NCBI RefSeq assembly: GCF_963853765.1
Contig: NC_088859.1
Coordinates: 25,792,001 to 25,856,000, forward strand
DNA: 64,000 bases
From: Magallana gigas
Taxonomy: Eukaryota
Direction of reading: 5' to 3'
Made by a program: the position numbers and the translations under genes. This document shows positions 14,601 to 26,491 of this stretch, one piece after another (position 1 is the first letter of the stretch; each line of letters starts with the position of its first letter). The notes beneath the pieces were generated by a model. It was not told the DNA's origin, did not search any database, and worked only from the letters and a program-made list of their open reading frames with translations.

Positions 14601-17600
14601 ACAAAACAACGAGGTGAATTATTTATCTAGGTCTAATTGAGAATTAACCCTGTATAATTCCGCGATACCGTCGCGATGGAACGAAATACTATTTTCAGGA
14701 ATGTGTGGTCCTATATATTAAAAGCATTGCTATTTTATCAGCGGCAACACATGCACAGCCCACTGTATGGCCTGTATACTTTGAAGACATTCATACAGAT
14801 TTGGAGAAACATAACTGTATCATAGGACTTTAAATGGCAAATTTACATATTTGCCAATAAAATTCAATAACGTCAGTAATAAATCATAAAATTCAAATAA
14901 GCGATCGTGTCAATTCGCGTTCACTTGAAAGAAATGAAATATGTGTATCAGCTTTTAAACGAAGTCTTCGTGGGGCTGCCACCTTCTAGGTTCTAGAGAG
15001 GGTCCTGAGCTATGGTATAGACAATCAGAGAGGCGAGCCCTCACTACGGGTTGGTAAGAACAAAATCCTATCATTGGAGGCAGTTAACAAAACTCCAATA
15101 ATCAGCCGAAAGTTGAACACAATGAAAGGGAAAATTGATAAGGTCCCCCCGAGTGTAAACTCCAGAAGGGACCGGCTTATCAGGAATGGTACTGGTCCTA
15201 TTCATTCTACAGAAACACAACTGACACGGCCCTAACAACAGCAGAAGCAGCCAAAAACTTCAGTTGATTTGTCACCCGTATTTTTCCTTTCTGTAACGTG
15301 ATCGTTTCACCCTCCATTCTTTTTTAATAGAACTTTGAACTTCAGTATCAGGGTAGAATTTTAAAGACTACATGGCATATTTTTTTTTCTCAAGAAAAAA
15401 AAAAAGCACGCATGCATGCATTGCAATAGCCAACATTTTTTTTTCATCTATTGGTGGTATAATATGTCTTTTATATATTTTGTCATGACGATACTGTTTG
15501 AAGTCGCAAATTTGTTTTATGCATAATTGGATTTCAGAGTGTATTGCCAGAAATATTAAAACTCTCCAAGATTACCAGACTGTCAAATTGACAGACCCCA
15601 ATGTTCGCTATTCATAAAGAGATCCCCAGAGTAGCGCATGAATTGATCTTTTATCATTTATCATTGTTAAATACATGTACCCCTTAAAGCCACATCTTTA
15701 TAAATACAATTCAAACGGTTCTACGTTTTATACGCATGTCATAGTGTTCACTATTATTAATTGCACGATTTTAGATTAATACCAGATTAATTCCTAATTG
15801 GAACAAAACTGGCTTAAAACTTCGCGTACTGAAGCATATTTATGTTTTAATTTAAATCATGTAAATAAACATCGTTTACATACCCTTCTTCCAAGTTTCG
15901 GCATGGTTCCTGTATTTTTCCTCTCACAAAAAACATTCAAATGAAATTGAATTTCGTTTTTCTTTTTTTTCCTTTAAAATGTCATGTTTTTGTTTAAAAT
16001 CTTGTTAAATAGCACTCCTTGTTAAAAAGTATATCAGAATTTTTAAAAGGTTTTCAGCAGTTAGCTTTTAAAGTTATCCATTCACTTTTGCTATATTAGC
16101 GGACGATATCAGTTCCGATTCATTTTCTCTTCGTCTATTGCTCCATATGATTAAAGAATCAGTCACCCGTAGCCTCGTTTCTGTTTACACTGTCACTTCG
16201 TTTCCAACTTAGATCCAGCCACTGTTTCGTATGAAATATCTCAAAACTAAAGTAACTTGCTGATATTTTTCATAAACGGTAGAAAAAATACCAGCGGGGT
16301 CAGAGACTCGAAAGAAAAACTTTCAAAGCTGTAAAGCCGGACGATTTAAAGTTTTCAAATGGTCGCCAAAGCCCGTTTTAGACGTTCTGGGTGCGAGAGG
16401 GGGAGCTTACTCGTAGGTTGAATTTTAAAAAAATCAATAAACCTAGAGTAAAAGCTCTCCATACTGATACAAAAAGTCAATGCTTGTTAAACAATGCTTA
16501 AATAGTAAAATTGATTATTTATACAGGTATGGCCGAAAATGATGACAACATTGTTTGATCTCTCATGAAAGTATCTATAGGTACCAATTGTTTAGCGATT
16601 AGGGACAAGGGTCTTCTGCCGTTTCTATATAAACAAGATATCTAATAGTGATCGATTCAGAAAAAAATTTGTATGCTATAGAAGTTAAAATTTAAACCAC
16701 AACCAAAAAACCCCAAAAACCATGCAAAATCGTGTAAAGTCTTCAGTTACAAATTGGTCTTTTTTTTTCCTTAGCCATCTGTATCCATAGACGCTTACCA
16801 TCTCAAAAAATCTACATTTCATAAATAATCATAAAATGATAATCTACTGTATAAGAGATAGAGAATGAATTTTATACAGATTGATTTAGAAAGAGAATAT
16901 ATGTACCTGTATCGCACATACTTAATGAATTATGCAGGTCAGTATCTCTCTCTAAACCGTCAATGCATTTTACACTTTTGGCATGAATTATGAACGAGAA
17001 CTTTTAGAACACCTCGTGTTGATTTTTTTTGCTTCGATTTTCATTAATATCGATGAGACAAAAGTTAAAAAAATTTTTTTTACCGATATTCTGGGTTTAA
17101 ATAAAACAAAGCATGTAAGTTGAATTATTCTCTTGATTCTTTCTCCCAAACATAAAAGTGAATAAAAAATGATAAGAAAAAAGTCCTTCGCATATAGCTC
17201 ATTATACAATCATTTTACAACAATATTTGGAATGGTTCTATGCAAATAGTAGTAGCCGAGTTTATGGTATAATCGACGAAAGTCAAACAAATTTAAAACT
17301 TTGGCTAACGTTGCAAATATACGAGGGAGCTGGATTAAGTACTAGAGAGAGAAAAGAATCAATATCAATTTAAGATAGATTTTTCGTCGCCAGGAAAAAC
17401 AAATTCATTTACGTTTGAGTTTGTGTTGACCGAAATTTGAGCGATTAATGAATAAACTTCATTTTAAAAATTTACAAGTAGAACTTGATTATTTGACTTC
17501 ATCTGTCATTTCTTTTTTTCATTATGATTATACTTCTATGTGCATATACTATTCAAATGTACTTATAAATATATAAACACTAAATCTTTATATTCCATGC

Positions 17601-17917
17601 TATATATAAACTCACTTTCCGTGATTAGTCATTGGATTTTTTTTTTAAATATCATTGATTGTCGAAAATATGATCAGCAGACAATTAATAATGCATAATG
17701 TACGTAGTAAGTTAATATATGATTACTTAATTGAAACCATAAGAGGGGAGGCAAGCTGAAGAACTAGCAGCAATGTCTATTGAGCTGCCGCCAGAAGACG
17801 ATTTTTAAAACACACTACTTTATAATGTCGTAGTCTAAACACAACGCTCTATATTAATAAACTTCTAGTAATTGATCTTCTTAAATTGGATTTTTTTTGG
17901 TGGTGTAATGTTAAAAG

Positions 17918-17952
<35 letters not shown>

Positions 17953-18020
17953 TACAACATGTCATGTTGTAAATTTTGTATTTACACCCACCCAATAAAT
18001 TCAAAATTTACAACATGACA
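17918..18020. repeat. Near-perfect 44-bp-arm palindrome with a third direct copy of its core
   Basis: The centre is ACAACATG-T-CATGTTGT at 17962, with one mismatch in the arms. AAAATTTACAACATGACA follows immediately. Confidence 0.9.
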
Positions 18021-18376
18021 GTGAGATAACCAATTCAATCAATGAAAATATGAACATTTACTTCAACAGAAAAAGGGTGAAATTTCAGAAATGCTTGTAT
18101 TGGGGACAATCGTGTTTAGCAAAGTTGCAACAGTATGTATTAGCATCGTTCATTCTTTATAGATCACGTTTTCTTTGCTCTGATCACAATGGAGAGTGGT
18201 GGCTTATGTTCCAAAAGTAATTTTAAAAAAAATAGAAAGACTGAAAAATGTTACACGTGTGTTTGACTCTCGTGAATTCTTTTCAATAAGTATGACAAAA
18301 CAAGAAAGAACATTCAAAGTAAATACGTGTAGACTAAGGTTTCTATGAAACAGTCTAAATTGTGGTGAACGGGCGA

Positions 18377-18470
18377 AGTAGTATCATTCTCTCATGCAGA
18401 GGTCTGGCTTCGCAAGCTTCGCTTACACAAAGCTTGCGAAACACGACCTCTGGTGAGAGAATGGAGTAGT
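18377..18470. mobile_element. Short fold-back element P4
   Basis: CATTCTCTCA..CAGAGGTC..TTCGCAAGCTT / AAGCTTGCGAA..GACCTCTG.TGAGAGAATG, flanked by AGTAGT direct repeats. Confidence 0.65.
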
Positions 18471-20999
18471 CAATGAGTAGAATAATTTGCTTAAAAAGTG
18501 AATTTGGTTATAAGGCCTGTTCTATTGGCATATTAGTTTTCCAAGATGAGCATTAGAATATTTGTGGCAAATTTGTTTAGAATTATCAGTGAATAATGTC
18601 ATGTAGTTATTGAAATCTTTTACTTCGTATTCTGTTAAACTTTGCAAAAGTATTTATGGTGTTATAATAAACGCAATGTTGGTTGTACGGGTGCAAAAGT
18701 CACATTTATGTGCAAACATAACTGCAAACATGAGTGTAAAAATAAAGTCACATTTACGTACTTTTATTGCTGGTAAAGAATCAAATCTGGATTTTGTCGG
18801 CTATAGATTGAAGTAATGAACCACATAAGAACATATCTGCGTCATATTAATGATTTTGTGCGTATAATGTCAGAGAAAAAACTTTCTCTCCGATTCTACA
18901 TTTTGTTTACTCTTTATAAAAACAAACTACTCGTATATCTCAAAAGTCGATACGTCTTACATTTTCCTTATAGTGAATGTCTGTATATTTGATTTGCATT
19001 TTGTTTGCATCGATATCATTTTGGGGTATGTTTTATAAAGTATAATCAATACTGTCAAAAATAAAATTCGCCAATATATTTTACTAGTACATGTAAATGT
19101 AATTTTAAAGTTAATATACATGTATATATATTTTTCTCAAAATTACTTTTTTACTTTTCTTACAAAATAGGAACAAAAACCTTAATTCGCAGACAAAACT
19201 TGCAATTGAATTGAAAAGCTATAGATTTACAGAAAATCTTGACATCAAATCGTTGCCACAATGCTGCTAATATTAACCTCCCAACATTGCTTTACTAAAC
19301 ATTTAAAGGTTAAATTTATTTTCAAAATTCATCATCTGGGGGTTTTGAAAGTTTTGAAAAAGTTTTGACAGACTATACTAAGGGAGGTTACCAATACACG
19401 CAATTTAATATTTAATATAATATATTTTAACTGTCTATAAATATGTAAACAGATGTGCTGTTTCTTGTGCTAGTGTATGCAACTTAAACTAGCTCTTTGA
19501 TAATAAAAAGAACTATATCTAAAAGCTAAAGAGGTCACAACAACCAAACAACAATGGCAAAAGTGCTACATGTAAAAGCAAAAGTGCTTAACGTAATGTG
19601 CTAGGGTAATTATTTGTGCTGTTTGGTGCTACATAGGTAAAGAACTGAGTACCTACTTGTTTTACAGAAGTATTATTATTTCTTGGAGACTCCTGTAAAA
19701 AGTTTTAATGTGACGTAAAAAAAATGTTTTTAACACTAAGAAAGTTGTTAATTGGAGAAAAAAAAAGCAGAATTGTGCATGTGATAATTTCGCATGTAGC
19801 TATGCCACTATAGTATAAAGTAACACATATACAAGTAAAGGGAAGTTAGTTCGGGCGTACCAAGGTTCTTGTCGAGATACTTCATATTTAAGTAATTATA
19901 TCATGCAAGGAACTTTGCGTGTAAACACCTAAACTTTGGTAAATTAACATACATGTATACCTAATTACAAAATAATGTGCAAAAACAACAAAAATATTCT
20001 ATTTCTGTCAATTTAAAATTTTTAAAAAATTGGCATGTGTATTGTAGACTCTGTTGATTCTGGCTCATTAGCTGCAGTACTAATCGATGTTCTTTGGGTA
20101 GATTTGGAGGACTAAATGCTATTGAAAACAAATATTTGGCATTGACCGTTTAACTGGGCTGCCTGTTAATCCGCCAATAACGATTGTGGAATTTAGTATT
20201 TGTTTTGTATTTTGCTTGAAAGGATTAAAACAGAGAACTTTTACGAGATCGTATTTGGCTTGCGTTTGTCCTACATCTTTTCAAGCACATTCCAAATTGC
20301 TTTAACTTGCAATCAATGACAGTTAATAAGATGATTTACTGGTTTAATACTGTAAAGAGCATTAAGACTTTGTTGTATGCTACATAAGGTGAGGGAATTT
20401 GTGACCCTGTGAAAAACCCTTTGTGTTTATGTTCGGTAAAAGACCATTACATATTTGCTATTTTAACACATTCGCCACTTCTAAACTTAAACAAAAATTG
20501 ACGCCCAACTGGAAGAATTGATGGAATTTAATTTCATTAAAGTTGACAACACTTGATTTGACATTTGATTTAAAGGTAATAGTTCCTTTTGTACGTCGAA
20601 GTCGTTCAATTCAGTTTATGTTCTACCTGTTGAAAAACCTAATCAGTTCAAAAACGCGACTCCAATCAGATTTGAATGAATCGTATATTCATCACCATAG
20701 AGTGCATGCATTGATTGGCTCATATATTAATTAAACATAAAACCAAAATCACAACGAATTGTGCTTTACCTTAGCTATAATACCATAACTGTGTCGTGAA
20801 TTTAATGTTCTTACAGTTAACTTTAACGCCTACCCACCCACAAAATTCAAAAAATCCCTTTACATAGGGAAAAAAAGTAACAATGCATAGAAATTAAATG
20901 TTGCAGTGCTAACACAATGATGGGTTGGAATGAATTAAGACAAAACTCCGTAAAAGCAATTCAGAATACCAAAGAAACTTCTTTCCCCCCAAGACTCAC

Positions 21000-21248
21000 G
21001 TTCTCCCAGATCGGGTTGCGTTTATGCCTCCGCTCCGGCCAGTGATGGTAGCGAACCCTCTCCAGATTCTGGGGGCTGATTTTGTGGTCATACCCCACGT
21101 AGTCCCCGCTCACTCCCTGTGGCTGGGTGTCCACTTCCGGGGCTGACCGATGGGTCAATATCCCTGGGGACGTGTACTGGCGGGACCAGAAACTCTTCTG
21201 GGTAGGCCAGTGGTGATAACGCCAGACGTCTCGGACAACGGCGCTCAT
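21000..21248 (-). CDS. Probable first coding exon of an unidentified small gene (83 codons, RYHHWP motif twice)
   Basis: A clearly GC-rich ORF against an AT-rich background. The ATG context is gacATGA after an A-rich leader, and a consensus donor AAC|GTGAGT lies at 21000/20999. Unspliced it reads on to a stop at 20961 (95 aa). No homolog recognised. Confidence 0.6.
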
Positions 21249-24072
21249 GTCGTGTGTTTTATGTTTTCGTCTCCTTTTTTTGCAGTTGAATACTATATTT
21301 CCTCACTTATTTATCCTTAAAATCACATTTCCAGAATTTTTCCTAAAAAATTAAACGTTAAATATCCATTTAATTGCAACATCAGCCAAAATTGAATGCA
21401 GTGTCGGTAACCACGTAAGGTTTTTTTTTTTTTTTTGGTTACAGTGTTACAGCCCTGCGTTAACACAAGGACAGGGTCTTTGAATACATCTTTGATCAGA
21501 TAGACATACTTCGTCTGGTTAACAAATCCCTTAACTGATTAAAAAATCGAATCAATGTGTAAACACCCCGTCACCTGAAACCGGGTTTGTCGCCGCTTCG
21601 CCTCAGCTACTCGACGCTTCTGTGTCCAAGCTGTTGTATATATTAACAGGATTTTACGGGAAAGAAATAAAGAATTAAACAAAGTTAACGCTAAAACAAG
21701 GTTCGTTATCGGATTAACGTATTTATATTACCTGCATCGGGTCACTTTTTTCCGCATTAGTCACGTGCAACAAAGGTGCGAGTTAAACGTGATAAAATAC
21801 TTCAAAAAGTGCCAGCTGGGTCTAGAAACGCGTTATTGAAAAAACATCAATCTCTGGAAATACTAACAATTGTAGGGGGTCGATTAATTTTGCGGGGTTT
21901 TTTTTGAGGTGTAAAAAATTAATGAATCAGAACGTCTTTTATATCCAAATGAAACAAAGATTTTATTTATTTTCCTCTTTTAGGGGGATGTTTGCCTATT
22001 GATTTATTTGACAGTTTTATTGCAAGAAATATTTTTATGAAACTGGAGATTTTTCTGTTTTGTGGATAAAGCCGGAATTTTGCGAGAAAGGTTAACACTA
22101 ATAAAAATAAAGTAAATCTTGGAGGTTTTGTTTAAAACATTATATACCAAATTGATGTATTAATGAACCCACCCTGCTCACACGCAAAGAAAATGTATTA
22201 TAAAGCTATGAATTGTTCGCCTGAATACAATAATTAATGAAAAATGGAAAGATGATACTAGTATACAGGCTATATAGAATTATATGAGAACTGTTGAGTT
22301 GATAGTTTGATTTTTATTTGCAGTGCAGAAAAAATCGTACATTTGGAGTTTGTCGATATTTTATTTATTTTTTATTTTTTTGGGGGGGGGGGGGGTTACA
22401 TGTGCCCCCTCATTTGAAAAAACCGACCCTACTATATTAAATATATATACATGTACATGTTATTAGGTCCTTAGCAAATGAGTTACATGTACCATGGCAA
22501 TTTTAAAACAAATATGCACGCCAGGGGTATTCGCACATTGCATTCGTTACCTTCCATTATACTAACGATTTTTTAACGATCGGGTATGAAATATCAGTAA
22601 TGAAATGCAAACTACATGCTACGTGATTTTCAATGCATAAATTAAATTGCTCATTTTACATTGTATCCTCTTTAATCGAAGGACAACAATGCAAGCAGCA
22701 TCAATTTGATAAGTCCATAACATAAATCATGGGTGAATTTATTAATGCTGACTATACATAAACACTTGACCATTTGGTACTAATGGTGACAAATATTCTC
22801 TACAATGGGATAGCAAGCCATTTATTTTTTTTAGCATTTAGCTTTTTTCGTGAATTTTTCGGTGATCGATACATTTGAATCCATGATATGCGCTTGCAAA
22901 ATCATTGGCCCATAATTTTTTTCTCCAGAATCATTCAAATGTCGAGACATATTTGTTTGTATCAGACAGATTTGTATCAGTTACTGCTTGAAATAAACCA
23001 CATTTCGGAGGTGGGGGAGGGGGGATTGGTCGGTTGGTTCCAAGCTAACAGAGAAGTAATTTACATTCGCTATTTTTAATCATAGCGGTGACGTTTACGT
23101 GTTTAAAAATTTTCAAAGATTAATATTAAATTTTTTTTAGGACTACCGAAGTTATGTTATCACCAATTAATCTGAGGGAATATAGATTTCCAAGTCATCT
23201 ACGGTACAAAGCATGTACACTAATACTGTGTAGGTCAACAAAACAAATAACTATGAAATAACTGTACATGTGTACACATATACAGAGTGTGTTAAATAGG
23301 AAAAAAATGAAAATTCGCACACTAAATCAAAATTACAGTAATTTGATTTACCTGCCATCTACATATTACAGTGGAAGCAGAATCAGATGAACTCGAAAAC
23401 AATTATCCAAAATCATATGAAACAAATAGCATCTACCCCTTATTGAAACATATAAAAATCATACTCTAAACAATGAAAAACTTCTAGAGGAAGTATAAAA
23501 TGCTGAAAAAGAGTAATTTCATTCTATTGCAAAATCGTACCTTCTGTCCTGGAAAGGCCTAGCCAAGACTGTGTTGGGGAGCGAGAAAAAAAAATCTATT
23601 CTTAAAACATAACTTATAATGGCGGTGAGCTGCCTACAAGAAGTTTTCGGTTTTTGGTAATATTGACAAGAGTAATTGAAGTAATAAAACAAACAGCTCT
23701 CGTCTTTCTGGCAGTCTCTGTTGGTGAAAACCTGCGAACATAGTAACTCTATACAGACGACATCGATTGGGCGGGAATTATATATCAGACAGACGACCGC
23801 GGAAAAATTTTAACGGATGTCGTCGTACTAGGTTTCTCATTCTCTCTTCATTAAGATAAGTTTCCCGAATCTCTATCTCTTTGCACCTTAAATCTATATT
23901 GGAAAAAAAATTCAGTGCTTGAATCTTTCTGAATTATGGGTGGATCAATATAAAAGCAGTGGATTCTTTAGCCTCACAGAAAATGGTATATTATAGAAAT
24001 ACTTTACACCATTTTTTTTTGGGGGGGGGGGGGTGAGAAGAGAAGGTTTTTATAGGAAACCTTTTTTTTGTA

Positions 24073-24212
24073 GCAAGGGTTTTCGGTCCACTTTGCTCGC
24101 TAGCCAAGGGTTTTCGCTCCACTTTGCTCCCCATAAAGCATGGGGTTTATGGGGAGCAAAGTGGACCAAAACCTTAGGGGTTTATGGGGAGCAAAGTGGA
24201 CCGAAACCTTGG
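24073..24212. repeat. Doubled inverted repeat (A-A / A'-A', about 30-35 bp units)
   Basis: Two CAAGGGTTTTCG(G/C)TCCACTTTGCTC units are followed by two GGGGTTTATGGGGAGCAAAGTGGACC(A/G)AAACCTT units. Confidence 0.85.
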
Positions 24213-24409
24213 CTTAGCGAAGATGCCTACAATCACAAGTTGCATTCATTATATCATATTTACATTTTCCAGTGTCTTTGCCTGTGATAACACTACGTAT
24301 CGATTATGTACTATAAAACCCATAACTTCAAATGACGCCAAATTGAGGCACCAGCGGGGTTTGCTGATTTATATTTAAATATTTAATCGTACGATGGCTT
24401 AAAATTATA

Positions 24410-24578
24410 TAAATATAAGTAATAAGGACTCATTCTTTGAATATTATGAGGTGATAATTTCGGTCGGGGCGTGATCAAATATATCATAAAGCCCTTCGGG
24501 CTTTATTGGATTTGATCACGCCCCGACCGAAATTATCACCTCATAATACTCAAAGAATGAGTCCTTATTCCTTAAATA
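24410..24578. mobile_element. Fold-back palindromic element P1
   Basis: About 65-bp near-perfect arms around a central ATAAAGCCC-TTC-GGGCTTTAT hairpin. TAAATA occurs at both ends. Confidence 0.8.
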
Positions 24579-24979
24579 AATGCATATTGGTCCCATTTGT
24601 TTCCATACAGTTGCGTGGACAAAAATAGCATAAATAACATGCATGTCTTTCATTTAACGTGGCGTTAACTACTAAGTAAACGTAACACATCACAGGTGTT
24701 TTATTCATTTCACAAAACCGATGAACAACCATTGATAAATATGAACAAAATGAGACCAGGTTTCAATGGACTTGATCTCTTGATTTAACGTGCTCACTTT
24801 TGATCAATTTCACTTTTGTGCTATATCATTGAACTCCGTTTTTATCCCCTCCCCTTATAAATGGTCTTTTTTGTTATGAACAAGCTTATATACAATTTGT
24901 TTCTTAAACACATGCTTAAATAGCGGTCAAGATCAGGGCTAAACTAGAGTGGTCCTTGTTCTATGACGTGTATGCATTG

Positions 24980-25460
24980 ATTATTTCTCTATCTTGATAA
25001 TAATTAATGAAAGTACAGGTACTGTAAGCAATCTCACAAATGATACCCCCCCCCCCCCCCCCCAGCGAAGAAAATATTGTAACTCAAGTATTTCTCTTAT
25101 TGGAAGTAATGATGCAACTATTTTTCTTATGGCGACCTTGAACTTGCACAAATGACCAAAGCTCAAGGTCAATACTACAATACTATTTACAAATAGCATC
25201 CGGCCATAAGCAATCTTAGTTTGAAGTAAGAACTTCAAATGTTTCTCCATACGCAAGATATACATGTAGACCTAACATGAATATTGCATGTTTCCTTCCA
25301 GTGACCTTGAACTTGCCCAAATAATCTTGGGTCAAAATCATCCTCGGGTAAAAAGCAATCTTTGTGTGAAGTGCACTGACAGACAGATGAACAAGGTGAT
25401 CCTTATATACCCCCCCCCCCCCCCACGAAAATATTTGTTTGCGGGGAGGGGGGGGATAAA
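24980..25460 (-). mobile_element. HINE-like fragment
   Basis: Contains TGACCTTGAAC motifs and GACAGACAGA followed by TATATACCCCC...GGGGGATAA, the reverse complement of a HINE 5' hairpin plus microsatellite. Confidence 0.6.
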
Positions 25461-26491
25461 AAATAACACAAAACAAAGTGTTAACATCATAAAGGATATT
25501 TACTCAGAAATGCACCTGTAAAACTTTACATTATATGATATATATTATAAAACATTTGTACTGAATTTGATGTGTAAAACCACATCTGGGATCTAATCTA
25601 CCTCACTAGCTAACAGTAAGTTTCAAACTAAGGGGTACTAATGAATGCAGTATGTCCAATTACTACACTGGCTTTGTGTTGTACTCTTTGTAAAAGTTGA
25701 AGGTGTTTTTTTCAGAAGCAAACCTGAGGGTCTAAAACTAGTTGTATATTTCATACAAACTGCTTGTGTTGTCAGATAAAAGCCTGAAATTATCATCCGA
25801 AATGTTGAAACTTGGGAAGAGAAACACTGCAAATATATATCTAACGTGATATATAAAAATTCATTAAAAATTCAATTGCTTTAAAATGTAATAGATATTT
25901 GTAAAAACCAAATATTTCATGCTCAATTATGAAACAAAAATATTGCCACTTGGTAGAAGATATGTCCTTGGAAATAGTTTTCAAATTCTTTCACCTTCCT
26001 TGAGACAATAGTTTAGACTATACCATTTATATTAGGCATGTACAGTGTAATAGCTGTATGTTTATTTAGCAATGACAATGATATTTAAGCAGTTATCATC
26101 CTCTTCCACTATTGATGATCATTAGACTTGTATCCAATAACAACTAACATAAAATCAAAAATAGCACTGATGGTCTTTGTTTCTAAAATAAAATGAAACT
26201 ATTTAAAGATAAACTAAAGATGAGCTGATTTGCAGTTATAATGCTAAAAAGAGAAATGTAGTGTTAAAAGTGTATTTGGTATTCTTGCAAATTTTGCAAA
26301 AAGAAGATGTCATTATACAATAGTATAAACTCGCTTCTTAACATAAAACACATTTTCTCCCTAAAAGCTCTAAAGAATTTGGCCTTGCTCCGTGCTATGT
26401 TCAAGCATCTTTTGATATGTCTTTGCTACAAAATGTTTCCATTAAAAGTCTTGCTGTTTTAAAACTTCATCCTCAAACAAAAGCTGTTAGT

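Noticed and set aside
13897-14630. Cluster of overlapping 60-140 aa ORFs as a host gene
   Set aside because: No coherent exon structure. At best a decayed LINE end, listed at low confidence.
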